Notes: generated from the sequence alone by a model not told the origin. DNA of 64,000 nt from Octopus vulgaris (GCA_951406725.2 OX597830.1:9176001-9240000); one strand, 5' to 3'; positions 13,445-26,820 are shown, counted from the first letter of the stretch. Translations and numbers: made by a program.

Positions 13445-13617
13445 ACATTTAGCGGTTTTTTGTCTGTCTTTATATTCTGAGTTCAAATTCCGCCGAGGTC
13501 GACTTTGCCTTTCATCCTTTCGGGGTCGATAAATTAAGTACCAGTTGCGTACTAGAATCGATCTATTCAATTGGCCACCCCACCCCAAATTTCGGACCTT
13601 GCGCAAAGAGTAGAAAA
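13445..13617 (+). mobile_element. Nin/Deu-domain SINE, 5'-truncated
   Basis: gagttcaaattccgccgaggtcgactttgcctttcatcctttcggggtcgat. Confidence 0.8.
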
Positions 13618-13756
13618 TATATTACAATATGTTGTGCATGTGTAGTAATATTATGATCATGAAATTAGCATTAACCTATCTCACTCTTTCTTACGGAACC
13701 CCTAAGAACCTTTTGCGGAACCCTAGGGTTCCGGGGAATCCTGGCTGAGAAATGCT

Positions 13757-13985
13757 GGGTTAGCGTGTTAGACTCATGATCGTAAGATTGCAGTTTGGAT
13801 TCCTGGATCAGGCGACGCGTTGTGTTCTTGAGCAAAACGCTTCGTTTTACGTTGCTCCTGTCCCTTCTATTACCAAAAGAAGTAATTCTGCAACGGACCG
13901 GCGTCCTGTCTACTGGGGAATATACAGGCCACGGAAACCAGGAAACCAGCCCTTATCAGTCTACATGACTTGGGAAAAAACTTAA
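13757..13985 (+). mobile_element. tRNA-derived SINE family D, diverged
   Basis: ggttagcgtgttagactcatgatcgtaag..gcgacgcgttgtgttcttgagcaa, similar to the head at 56300-56446. Confidence 0.6.
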
Positions 13986-14231
13986 GTTGACTAATATATC
14001 CGCGCGTGCTTTATGCCTTCAAATACGGTTGTTTGGACAAGATAAAGAGGTATCTAGTAAAGTTTATCTGCCAGAATAATGTGGCAGTCCTATACAGGTT
14101 ACTGCTATTTAACCCCAGGCAAACATCTCTTCCAGTTGGCTACTGCTACACAGTTTGTGTCCGTATAGTATACATACATACATACATACATACATACATA
14201 CATGCATACATGCATACATACATACATACAT

Positions 14232-14283
<52 letters not shown>

Positions 14284-14306
14284 GTATATATATGTGTGTG
14301 TGTGTA

Positions 14307-14601
14307 GGCACAATGGCCAAGTGGTTAGGGCAGCGGACTCGCGGTTGTAGGATCGCAGTTTCGATTCCCAGACCGGGCGTTGTGAGTGTTTATTGAGTGA
14401 AAACACCTAAAAGCTCCACGAGGCTCCGGCAGGGGCTGGTAGCGATCTCCGCTGTACTCTTTCGCCACAACTTTCTCTCACTCTTTCTTCTGTTGGCTTT
14501 CTCGCGTAGCCAGCGGGATGGCGTCATTTGAAGGCTAAAACATTGCGAAGCGCATTGTGACCAGCGATGTGTAGCAACATCTGATAGCCTGGTCGGTCAC
14601 G

Positions 14602-14605
<4 letters not shown>
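14307..14605 (+). mobile_element. tRNA-derived SINE family C
   Basis: A-box tggccaagtgg, B-box gtttcgattcc; head shared with 37334 and 47031. Confidence 0.8.
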
Positions 14606-14663
<58 letters not shown>

Positions 14664-16475
14664 TACATTTTACGCCACCCCTTTTCTTTGCTGAATTCAT
14701 AATGGGGGCAAATAAATGATAAAATGAGAAGGAATGAGCATTAAAACAAAAACGGCGACTCTAGAAAACAGCGGCACGCCAACACGGTCAATTTGAAAAT
14801 GCGCTCCGAAATCCATGCCGGAACGGATTTTCGCTGGTCGGATTTTCGAATATCAACTGTACTTAATTCATCAATGCCGAAAGGATGATAGACAAAGTCG
14901 ACCCTCGGCGGAATTTGAACTCTGAACGTATCGTCGTCAATAGCGTTAAGGATTTTGTCCGACATGACATAGAACCAGAGCTTGTGTCTATTATTAGCAT
15001 ACTAACCCACCCGAGTTACAAGATCTGTTTCAACACACCATTTCTCATCAAAATTGTTGCGAACCAAATGCAAAGATGAAATAAGAGTGTTCGCATAAAA
15101 AGGGAGGTAAATCTCTTATCTGGAAAGCGACGACGTTTTGCAACTCATTGCTGAGCTCCAGTTTTGCCACATCAGCTGCAAACCCGGGATTCGCCGCTCT
15201 TAATGCAAACCAGAGGAAGATAAGTAAACAGCGGGGTTTGACCAGCCTCCATCTGTCCGCACCGGTCGCCATCGAGACCTCACGTATTCTCAGAACCCAC
15301 ACTGTTGATTTCATTCGTAAAATCGGGAGAAATGAGCTCCGCGAGTTAGGGCTGTCTGTTGCAGCGATGGTCGCAGGCCATTGTCCGTGGCCACATCTTT
15401 GCTATTATGTCCACGGGGCGCGGCTGAATACACCGTTTGGTTCCGCGTGTACAACCTGTTACTCCCTTCCCATGTATCGTTGCTTATTCCCCCCTTTTTC
15501 TTTGTTTCCTTGTCGAAGTAATTCCTGGGCTGCTGTTTCCGTGGTTGATTTCTGATTTTAATTTTTTTCTACAGTGAAAGAAATTTCCGATAATTTAATC
15601 TTTTATGTTGTTATGTTTTGGGAAGGTCATTACACCAATAAAGATAATAGCACACGCACCGGTTCAATATCACTTCTTTATTGTCAGTCAATCGGTTAAA
15701 TATCTAACCAACAAACTAATCGATAGTTTAACGTGTTTGTTAAACAATCTACCAGTTTTTAGTCAAAGTACTTTCGTCGCTGTTAGCGACCTTCTCAGTG
15801 TGGCCCCTCTCTCTCCAATTCTTTTCTTTTCTTCTTTTCTTTTGCTTTTAATAAATCTATTTTTTGTACATCGTTGTTTTCAATTTTTCTTTTCAATTTG
15901 CTTCAAATCTTCGATTCTTTTTCAATTTGTTTCAAATATCTTCCATTATTTTCAGTGTTAAGCCACAGATTTTTGTTTCACAAGAGTTATCCCCCTTGCA
16001 TAAAATTAAAAAGAATGATAAAAGAAAGAAAAATAAAACAAAAAATCGCTCCAGCGGAGAGCGACTGATTTTCTTCTCGCCTAATATATTTTTGTAAGCT
16101 TCCGGTCATCTCTGGTCATTCCTTAATTTCTAACGGTCACATGAAGTCATTCAGTTGGTCAATGTAGCTGCGTGGAGAAGACTTTTACTACTGAGTTGTA
16201 CGACTGAAATAGAGAGGGGGCGGAAAAGTTAATTGGTTCAGGATGCAATTAATAATTAATGAGTGTTATTCTTTAATTAATTAGTGGTGGTGATTTGAAG
16301 TGGTTTTAATGTGTGTTGGTTGGAGATGGATGAACATCACCAAACTGTATTGCTTTAAGAGTGTGGAGGGGGAGTTTAACTGTGTGGTGTGCAGTTTACA
16401 TACATGTATGTATGTATGTATGTATGTATGTATGTATGTATGTATGTATGTATGTATGTGTGTATGTATGTATGT

Positions 16476-17026
16476 CAGGTTACTTTAGAGTGCTACTGGT
16501 AACATGTAACCCAGTACAACCTGTTACATGGTCGGGTCGTCGGCGACTAAACCGGCAACCCCACCAAGCTTGCTTGGTGAGGAGGGTGTTTATTGGACAC
16601 CCTGCTGGATGAAAAACAAAACCCGTCAAAGGGCGGAGGGACTCTTGAGAGTCAACGGCCATCCAATAAATGTCTTAAGGCTGTATCATGCGCGGGGACA
16701 TAGAAATAATCGGACTGAATACCCGATCGCGCAGTTAAACCATTGGGAGTGAAGGACCTCTAGCCTTTGTTAGGGTATCCTTCTAGGAGAAGGTAACTCA
16801 GGTAACTGGGATAACTCCGATATAAAACCTGCGGCTCAGTGGTTACCGATGATGTTGACTTGTTTTTCTTTTCGGATTATGGCTGCTGTTGCTTAGTGAG
16901 TGGGATTGACTCAGTGCACAGCCTTTCCTCACTTTAAAAAAGATCTTCTTGAACAGGCATTGCACGATAACAACATTGATTAAGCTTCGTGCAATGGCCA
17001 TACTCGATAACGAGGGGGCAGCCACC
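16476..17026 (+). mobile_element. RTE-derived non-autonomous element flanked by (ATGT)n
   Basis: RTE-5'UTR-like tctaggagaaggtaactc..aaacc; 3' end ggcc..taacgag..cagcca+(atgt)n resembles the LINE end at 42935-42965; many hairpins. Confidence 0.55.
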
Positions 17027-17174
17027 ATGTATGTATGTATGTATGTATGTATGTATGTATGTATGTATGTATGTATGTATGTATGTATGTATGTATGTAT
17101 GTATGTATGCATGCATGCACACACGCACACATATACATGTTTTCTTTTTAAGTATGTATATATGTATGTGCATA

Positions 17175-17663
17175 TCATATAAAATCCGTTCTGTCTGTCT
17201 GTGTGTGTGTGTGTGTTCTCGGATCTCGGGCATCCTCCATCCAATTGCGCTCAAATTTGATGTGTAGATACCGACGGTATCAGGGCGTGTATAAGTCTTG
17301 AAAAAAATCATAAAAATCGATTCCAGGTGAGAATGCGATCGATAAAGCCGTGGGAACGTGCACGTTTCTTTCCTGCCAAGCTTACTGTTTAAACCGTGTT
17401 TCTGTTCTCTCAGTCAACAGCCTTATCATTACTGGTACATTAAACTCTTCGGTTGCATATTTGTGTGAATAAAATCGTTTATTCTTTGGAATAGAAAAAA
17501 AAGTATATCCTTATTTCTTCTTTTGCTGGTGTCTCAAATTTAGGTTATAACAGTGTTTCTCAAAGGGGAGGCCCATGGGACGGTCGGACAAGTTGTTTTG
17601 AGAAAATTTGGTTTAAATGTTTGACAACTCCGTTGGACGGGGGATGGGGTGGCGTTTTGCTCG
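17175..17663 (+). mobile_element. Non-autonomous Helitron-like element, second subfamily
   Basis: 5' TCatataaaatccgttctgtctgtctg; 3' gctcg|t followed by (TA)n. Confidence 0.5.
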
Positions 17664-17713
<50 letters not shown>

Positions 17714-17918
17714 CTTATTTACTTATTGTGCTATATATTCGGTTGTCAAGAAAGTTCTTGCGGTTTTTAACCTTTAAATTCAGATGCACATATCTCGGCT
17801 CAAACACAACTTTATTAATTGAAATAAGCACCATCAGAATCAAAACTACTTTAATAAATATACAGTGTACCGACAGCGAAGGAATGCACCTTGGAAGGCG
17901 TCTCTTCAAAACAGAGAC

Positions 17919-17977
<59 letters not shown>

Positions 17978-18011
17978 ATTTAACGTACACAGTATAAAGT
18001 TACGAACTACT

Positions 18012-18152
18012 AACAGTTTTTGGCTGAGAAGACATGTGTCTAGGCAGATTCTCATAGCACACTTTGTGTCTCGAAACCAGAAGATTGCTTGTGTACAAAA
18101 GATGTGTTATAAAAACCTGCCTAGACACGTGTCTTCACAGCAAGAAACTATC
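18012..18152. mobile_element. Foldback/MITE-like imperfect palindrome
   Basis: ~50-bp arms, about 80% complementary (gaagacatgtgtctaggcag / ctgcctagacacgtgtcttc). Confidence 0.65.
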
Positions 18153-18457
18153 AGTGGCTGATATCTTTGTAATGTGTACATTAAATGTTTTTTTTTTCTG
18201 TCAGTGAATGAAGTCCTTTTTGGTTGATCTTAATCGAATGGAACAGTAAACTATGTGTGTGTGTGTGTGTCTGTGTGTGTATGTGTATCTGTGTATCTAT
18301 GTACTTAAGTACATGTGTGTGTTTGTGTTTCAATGTATCTAAGTATTTAAGTGTATGCGCATGTGTCTGTGTGAATATATATATGTATAATGTGTATATA
18401 TATGTATATGCTATATATGTATGTGTGGCATATATACATAATGTATATCTATGTGTG

Positions 18458-18496
<39 letters not shown>

Positions 18497-18671
18497 AAAT
18501 AAGAAAATGGAGAAATACACCTTAATCAATAATCGACTACCAGATAGTACCCAATCACATAATTTATTAAACCACTACATATGAACATCAAGGTCAAACA
18601 TAATAGTATAGAACAAAACAATGCACATCAATGAGTATTATGATACAATATGTACAATCCCTATCTCAATT

Positions 18672-18702
<31 letters not shown>

Positions 18703-18733
18703 GTATATGTATCTATGTATCTATGTATCTATG

Positions 18734-18847
<114 letters not shown>

Positions 18848-19008
18848 CAATTATAATAAAAACAATTTCTATACTTTTGTAGAATACAAATTTATTATAC
18901 TTAAACAAGAACATTGTTGACAGTGACTTCGAAGCTTCGCCCAGCTAAATCACAGACGGACACAGAGAGAAATAAAGAGGGAGGGAGGGTCAGAGAGACA
19001 GACAGAGA

Positions 19009-19056
<48 letters not shown>

Positions 19057-19759
19057 CATCAAAAAAATATACATAACACATTAATTTTAATACATTTAAA
19101 TAACCACAAAACGTCAACAAGAACATCAAAAGATAAGAATATTAAACCAAAAATTTCGGTTCTATTTTAACAGAAAGTTTTACTCTGAAAAAAAAACCCA
19201 AAAAAAACAGAAAACAAAACAACCAATAAATAAATATAAATACAAATTTTTCTTTTAAATTCGTCTCAAAGAATCATCTTTTATTTCGTATAAAAATTAC
19301 CATTTTATTTCACAAGTTGTTTTTATTTTAATTCACATCCAATTATCATATTATTTCACGTTAAATTGTATTTGATATATTTTATTTTTAACTTCAAATC
19401 ATATCGTATTTATCTTCAAATTATATTTTTTATTTGCTATAAAATATATATTTCTTTAAAATTTAATTATATTTTATTTTATTATACACCAATTTTTATC
19501 TGTAAACTATCAAACTATATCATTCTGTTTTTCTTAAATAATTAATTATTATTAATTATTCGTAATTATTATTGTTGCTTATTGTTTTCATTTTTGTTTT
19601 TCTGGAAGAATTTCGAGAAAGATCGGAAGAAATTAGTGAAAATTAAAGAGATTTAAAGATAAATAAAAGTAAATTATTACAACAAAAATGTAATATTTTG
19701 TTTGTTTCTGTAAATTTATAATTGATTGGATTTTAATTTTTACAAAGAAACGATGAATA

Positions 19760-20850
19760 TACCTGTGTATGTGCGTGTGTGCGCGTGTATGTGTGCGTGT
19801 GTGTGTGCTGTCTATGCGAGTGCATGTGCGTGTATGCGTGTGTATGTGAGTGTATGTGTGTGTGTGCGCGCATGTAAGAGGGCGTATGTGCGTGTATGCA
19901 TGTGTGTGTGTGTGCATGTGTGTGTATGCGTTTGTTTGCTGGTGTATGTGCGTGTGTGCGTGTGTATGTGTGTGTGTGTGCTGTCTATGCGAGTGCATGT
20001 GCGTGTATGTATGTGTGCGCGCGTGTAAGAGAGTGTATGTGCGTGCATGCATGAGTGTGTGTGTGCACGTATGTGTGCGTGTGTATGCGTTTGTTTGCTG
20101 GTGTACGTGCGTGTATGTGCGTGTATGCGTGTGTATGTGAGTGTATGTGTGTGTGTGCGCGCATGTAAGAGGGCGTATGTGCGTGTATGCATGTGTGTGT
20201 GTGTATGCGTGTATTTGCTGGTGTACGTGCGATTATGTGTACGTGTGTGTCTGTGTGTGTGTATATGTGTGTATATGCGTGTGTGTGCGCTCGCACGTAT
20301 ATGATAGTGTGTGGGTGTATGCATGTGTGCGCGTGTGTATGCGAGTGTATATGTGTGTATGCGTATGTGTATGTGCACGCGCGCGTGTATGAGAATGTAT
20401 GTGCGTGTATGCGTGTGCGTGTATGTGCCTGTGTATGTGTATGCAGTTGTATATGAATGTATGTCTCTGTGTGTGTGTGCACGTGCGAGTGTATGTGTGT
20501 ATGCGTTCGCGTGTGTACGCGAGTGTATGTGCGTTTAAGCGTACTTATGTGTACGTAACAAAGTGTATGTGTATGCGTGTAAAAGTATGTGTATGCGTAT
20601 GACTCTGTGTGTGTGTGGTGTGTGTGTGTATAAATGTGCAAACGAATGTATGTGTGTGTGTGCCTGTGCGTGTGTGCGTATGTGCATATACACGCATGTG
20701 CATACATGCGCGTATGTGTGCGTGTCTGCATTTTCATATATACATGTATGAGTGTGTATGCATCTGTATGTGCATATAAGCATGTGTATGTGTGTGTATG
20801 CGAGTGAATGTGCGGATGCATATGTAAGTGTGCTTGCGAATGTATGTCAC
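19760..20850. repeat. Cryptic (TG)n-derived satellite with internal duplications
   Basis: The block gcgcgcatgtaagagggcgtatgtgcg occurs at ~19865 and ~20157. Confidence 0.85.
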
Positions 20851-20884
20851 GTATCTGTGTGTGCGCTAATATTATATCTCCCGT

Positions 20885-21468
20885 AAGGTGGCGAGCTGGC
20901 AGAATCGTTAGCACGCCGGGCGAAATGCGTAGCCGTATTTCGTCTGCCGTTACGTTCTGAGTTCAAATTACGCCGAGGTCGACTTTGCCTTTCATCATTT
21001 CGGGGTCGATTAAATAAGTACCAGTTACGCACTGGGGTCGATATAATCGACTTAATCCGTTTCTCTGTCCTTGTTTGTCCCCTCGGTGTTTAGCCCCTTG
21101 TGGGTAGTAAAGAAATAGGTATTTCGTCTGCCGTTACGTTCTGAGTTCAAATTCCACCGAGGTCGACTTTGCCTTTCATCCTTTCGGGGTCGATAAAATA
21201 AGTACCAGTTACGCACTGGGGTCGATATAATCGACTTAATCCGTTTGTCTGTCCTTATTTGTCCCCTCGGTGTTTAGCCCCTTGTGGGTAGTAAAGAAAT
21301 AGGTATTTCGTCTGCCGTTACGTCCTTAGTTCAAATTCTGCCGAGGATGACATTGCTTTTAATCCTTTCGGGGTCGCTAAATTAAGTACCAGTTGCGTAT
21401 TTGGGTCGATCTGATCGACTGGCTGTCTCCCCGTAAATTTCGGGCCTTGTGCCTAGAATAGAAAAGAA
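20885..21468 (+). mobile_element. Nin/Deu-domain SINE with 184-bp tandem units
   Basis: gtatttcgtctgccgttacg starts at 20935, 21119 and 21303. Confidence 0.9.
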
Positions 21469-21477
21469 TATTATATT

Positions 21478-21511
<34 letters not shown>

Positions 21512-21842
21512 ACATGTGCGCTTCTTTTTTATGTGTGTGCGTGTGTCCGCCTTTTTGTATGTCTTAATGTATGAGCATTTAGCTCAAAGTGTGTACGTGC
21601 ATACGTTATAAATGTGTGGAACGCATGAAAGTGAGTACGCGTCTCTCTCCCCGTTTTTCTCTCTCTCTTTCTCTCTCTTTTGTTCTTTAGACACACACAC
21701 ATACACACACAAACACACACATACACGCATACACACACACACAGAGGTGAGCACATAAGTGCAAACCAAGGGTCGACTTGTTCGACTAAAATCCAGCATG
21801 GTCATATTCAGATGACTTAAGTAAAAAAATAGAAGAATATAT

Positions 21843-21903
<61 letters not shown>

Positions 21904-21932
21904 CACACACACACACATATATATATATGCTC

Positions 21933-22052
21933 AGGTGTGGGTGTGTGGTAAGAAGCTTGCTTCCTGACCACCAAGACCAGTTCAGTTCCGCTGGTGGCAG
22001 TCTTTGGGCCGACCAAAGCCTTGTGAGTGGATTAGACAAAAACTGAAAGAAG

Positions 22053-22102
<50 letters not shown>

Positions 22103-22192
22103 CCCTACCATCGCTTGATAGTCGATGTGGGTGTGCGACTAAGGGCGATACTCCAACAAGGCCGCAATTAAATGACTGAAACAAGAAAAAGA
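21933..22192 (+). mobile_element. SINE family A, diverged/deleted
   Basis: Head and tail motifs recognisable. Confidence 0.7.
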
Positions 22193-22207
22193 ATATATAT
22201 GTATATA

Positions 22208-23436
22208 TTAGGTTGTTTCACATGAGATGTCGTATTTGAAAGGTAACAAGGAAATGTTTCACAAGTGTTAGAGAACTGATTTATTTAATCAAAGTATCAT
22301 CCATGTTGATTTATGATGTTTATCCAACGTTCCTCTATGTCATATATTCCACCTTAAAAAAAAAAATTCATCTTTTGCTGTGATAAACTGTCCGAATGCT
22401 TCAATTATCTCTTCTCTATTTAAGAATGTTTTATTGCTTATGAAAAGCTCAAAATGCTTAAATAAGTGATGATCAGATGGAGAGATGTCAGGGGAATAAG
22501 GAGGATGTTGCAAAATCTCATAATTTAGGCTTTGCAACTTTTGGACCATAGCTTGAGAAGTGTGAGGACGTGCATTTTCGTGGAGCAAAATTGGGCCATC
22601 TCTATTCACTAGTCTGGGTTGCTTCTTTTTCAAATTCTCATGCATACAATCAATTTCCTGGCAATACGATGTTGCTGTTACCGTTTTTCCTTGTTGTAAA
22701 GATGAATAATGAATAACTCCCTTCGCAGACCATCATACAATGACCTCTAACATTTTAGGGTGCAATGGGTAGTGTTTAGGTGACTCTCCTGCATCTATTC
22801 ACTGTCCTATTCTCCGGTTGTTGTCAAAGAGTATCCATTTCTCATCACAAGTAATGATTTGATGTAAAAAAATGTCTTTTTTCCAGTCGAGAAAGCAACA
22901 AGGATCACACTTCGAGGAGTCTGTTTCTTTGAAACTCGTTCAGTTGATGTGGAACAAAAATATCCATTTCCTTGACTTTTCTAATATTTCACAGGTGTCC
23001 AAAAACAGTTGTGCGAGATGTTTGCAGTTCTGATGAAAGTTTTCGAACCTTTGTTCTCGGATTTTTTTTAACCAAAGCATTTAATCCATCATACCGAATA
23101 ACTGATTTTGGCCTACCCTTGGGTTTATTTTGAAGGCTATCATCTCTCGAACGAGAGCTTTGGAACCATCTCTGAATAGTTCTGATGTCAGCAAAACCAT
23201 TGCCAAAGGCCCGTTTGATATTCCGTAGAGCTTCTGCGGCAGAGTGACCCAGTTTGTACTCATACAAGAAAATCACTCAACATAGTTTGGTTGTTATCAT
23301 TTTCATAAGGATACGAATTTTGTATACCAATATTGTCGGGGAAGGAAAAGAATGAAGATTAAATGCAAGGTATACCTAATTGATTAACTGAAATAACAAG
23401 TAATTAAAATGTGACATTTCATGTGAAACAATCTAA
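22208..23436 (-). pseudogene. Decayed mariner (cecropia/Hsmar1-like) with frameshifted transposase
   Basis: TIRs ttaggttgtttcacatgagatgtc / gacatttcatgtgaaacaatctaa; fragments IFLYEYKLGHSAAEALRNI, LLHENARPH, YSPDISPSD. Confidence 0.9.
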
Positions 23437-23519
23437 AATATACGTTATGTGTGCAAAAAGACATCCTGTATTAATAATAGTAAGGTAGCAGTGTGAGGAG
23501 ACGCTAGAAGGAAGGGAGA

Positions 23520-23582
<63 letters not shown>

Positions 23583-23769
23583 GGGGAAAAAGAAGGAAGA
23601 AATGTAGAGGTAAGAAGTGTGATGGAGATGGAAACAGAGATGGAGAGAGTAATGAGTAAAATAGATGAGGGAGAGCAACAAGAACAACAATGAGTACCAG
23701 AACATCACTGATGCGGCTGCAACTACTACCACGACCAGCGCTACCACAAATAGCAATGCCATTGACCAC

Positions 23770-24165
23770 CATGACGACGACGACGACCACCACCATCATC
23801 ATCATCATCAGCAACGCCACCACAACCATCACCACCTGTCACCACCACCTTCCTGCCATCACTCCCACTCCCACCATTGCCGTCACCACCACCACCACCA
23901 ACACCAACACCAACACCACCACCGTTACCACCGCCGCCACCACCACCACAACCACCGCCGCCGCCGCCGCCACCACCACCACCATCGCCATCACCACGCC
24001 CAACACCGCCAACACCCCGCCACTGCCGCCGCTGCAGTCGCCGCCGACGCCGCCACCAAAACCACCACCACCACCACCACCACCGCTACCGCCACTACTG
24101 CCACAACCATTGCTGTCATCACCACTGACACCATCGCCTCCATCACCGTCACCACCGCCATTCTC
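23770..24165. repeat. (CAC/CGC/CAT)n trinucleotide low-complexity tract
   Basis: Direct observation; gives poly-H/P/T ORFs in all frames. Confidence 0.9.
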
Positions 24166-24810
24166 CCCCTCCGACACCCTATGGGGTTCAGATCACTATC
24201 ACGTGGTGTATTGAGGATTTTGTGTTCTTGTTCCACCCTGGAGATTTGAAGAATAGATTCGGAAAGAATTGATTTTAAAATAGCTTTAAGAACAACAACA
24301 ACAACAGCAGCGATAAAAACAACATCAACAACAACAACAACAACAATAACAGCGGTGGTAACTATAGTAACACATGCTGACGAAGCTGCAGTTGAGTTAC
24401 TCGGCCTGCTAGAAATAGTAACCAAATCTTCCCCAAATACTTAACGTCCTACAAAGTAGAAATAGTCAGAAGGAACTTATATTGAACATAAGGCACCAAA
24501 AAAATAAGACTGGGTGGCCACGGCTAGAACATGAGTAAGGGATATTTCTCATAATACGTGCGAAGTCTGACAGAGAACGGCAGTAGCCGTGAGGGCTGTT
24601 AAATACCTATAAAGGTGTTTTAGAGCAGGCCTGGGGAAGATTTTTTTCTTAAAAGATTGGCAGTTGTTCATCATACAATGTTCCTTTTCTCATAGCACAG
24701 ATATTTATCCAAGGTGCTAAGGTGTGTTGGCCGGTTTGGGCCGATTCTGTTCGTGATCACTATTGTTGCACACTTTTCATCAGAACCCAAAGAATCGGGA
24801 ACAGATCCTA

Positions 24811-25061
24811 TTAGGTTGGTGCATAATTATTGCAGCTTTTTTTCCAAAAAATTTATTCAACAAAAACAATAACAATATTTAACAAAAGCATCTTTAAATG
24901 ACGGCCTGACCGTCTGCCAAGCAAATGGGAAGTAGTAATTGAAGTAGATGGTGAATATGCTCCGGAATAATCATTTAAATATGTTTTTGTTACATGTTGT
25001 TATTGCTTTTGTTGAATAAAATCTGTTGAAAAAAACCCGCTATAAATATGCATAAACCCAA
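24811..25061 (+). mobile_element. Mariner-derived MITE (~250 bp)
   Basis: TA-ttaggttggtgcataattattgc ... gctataaatatgcataaacccaa-TA; carries a remnant of the transposase C-terminus (KWEVVIEVDGEY). Confidence 0.7.
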
Positions 25062-25219
25062 TAAAAGCTATTATTCTCAACCCTTTTGAGGTTTTGCTAA
25101 TCTACCGCCCTTGGATTCGCAAGTTTTTTTTTTCATCGGCCCCGGAAAAATAGAAGACAAAGTTGAATTTGATGAGATTTGAACTCGAGTGCAAAAAATT
25201 GGAACAAAGAATTTTTTAT

Positions 25220-25789
25220 TTTCTTTTCTACTCTAGGCACAAGAACAGAAATTTTTGGGGAGGGGGGCAGTCGATTAGATTGACCCCAGTACGCAACCAG
25301 TACTTAATTTATCGACCCCGAAAGGATGAAGGCAAAGTCGGGCTCGACGGAATTTGAACTCAGAACGTAAAGACAGACGGAATACCCATTTCTTTACTAC
25401 CCACAAGGGGCTAAACACAGTGGGGACAAACAAGGACAGACAAACGGATTAAGTCGATCAGATCGACCCCAGGGCATAACTGGTACTTAATTTATCGACC
25501 CCGAAAGGATGAGAGGTAAAGTCGACCTCGGCGGAATTTGAACTCAGAACGTAAAGACAGACAAAATACCTATTTCTTTACTACCCACAGTGGGGACAAA
25601 CAAGGACATATAAACGGATTAAGTCGATCAGAGCGACCCCAGTGCGTAAATGGTACTTAATTTATCGACCCCGAAAGGATGAGAGGCAAAGTCGACCTCG
25701 GCGGAATTTGAACTCAGAACGTATCGGCAGACGAAGTACGGCTACGCATTTCGCCCGGCGTGCTAACGATTCTGCCAGCTCGCCGCCTT
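25220..25789 (-). mobile_element. Nin/Deu-domain SINE with tandem units
   Basis: Same architecture as 20885-21468. Confidence 0.9.
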
Positions 25790-26404
25790 TTACAGGAAAA
25801 ATAATAATAGTAACATGGACACTGACGATAAAACTAGAAAACTGTAATTATCTCCCTTCTCTAAGCCCCAGCAACAGTACATCACCGCAGTTACAAACTC
25901 CGTCATTGGAGGAGACATGAGTAGATTTGATACATCCTGGTTTTCAAATAAAACAGTTAACAAACGAAGCAACCAAATAACATCACAAACTTCTTTCATA
26001 TTCTAAACAAACAACACTTTCTGTTTTACACACCTAATTATTACAATCACTTGGTGAACGACTCCCCGTCTTTTTCGTTTTCCGCGGTGTATCAATGAAG
26101 AACGCAAAAATACTCCTACAAATTTCAAGAAAGAGCAATCTAACGAGATCCATCAAGAAAGGGAATCAAGATTCTTCAGGATTGATCAATATTACGATCA
26201 CCAGCTGTACAGTACAGACAATAAAATATTTAGAGATGCACCCAACATATGTACCCCTTAAACCAACATAATAAATGAAAGCTCGGTTACACGACTTCAT
26301 AAAAGTCAGTAACAACCTCGAACACAATATATTACTTAGAATCTTCGTGAGATGTAACAATCCATTTTCAATGACAGACCTCGAAATAGATAAGGCTGTA
26401 TATA

Positions 26405-26777
26405 TCTCTCTCTATATAAACGGCAGTTTGTCTGTGCGTGTTTCTGTGTGTCTGTTTTCTTGTAGCCTCACCCTGACCACAGCTTTCAACCGATTCTGAT
26501 GAGACTTGACACACACATAGCCCAATGTCATAATTCAAAACTAACGCAGCGAAAATTTTGAAAAGTTCCCCCAGTTCTGAAAAAAATCGATAAATTTGAC
26601 ATGGGGTCGAGAATCAGAAACACAAACCGCAAACTGTCTAGGGGACGCAACTCCACCTTTTTTTACTCTCAAAAAAAATTTACCATCATTTTTTTGCTAT
26701 TTTTTGGCTATAACTCTCTAAAAATGCTTTATAGTTATTTCCCTTACAAACCTGAGCAACGCCGGGCGATACTGCTA

Positions 26778-26778
<1 letters not shown>
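26405..26778 (+). mobile_element. Non-autonomous Helitron-like element
   Basis: A|TC start; 3' cctgagcaacgccggg hairpin and CTAG|T; 5' part homologous to the 12851 element. Confidence 0.75.

Positions 26779-26820
<42 letters not shown>

Noticed and set aside
14307-14380. tRNA-like sequences (also at 47070-47141, 51165-51233, 56375-56446)
   Set aside because: A/B boxes are present but continue into SINE bodies; I could not draw a complete cloverleaf.
16476-16570. HDV-like or twister ribozyme call
   Set aside because: Could not place the required P1.1/L3 or T1/T2 elements; kept only as an unassigned structure.
26110-26185. Minus-strand CTGAAGA...GAAA
   Set aside because: Stem I is only 2 bp and stem II is not adjacent to GAAA; compatible with chance.
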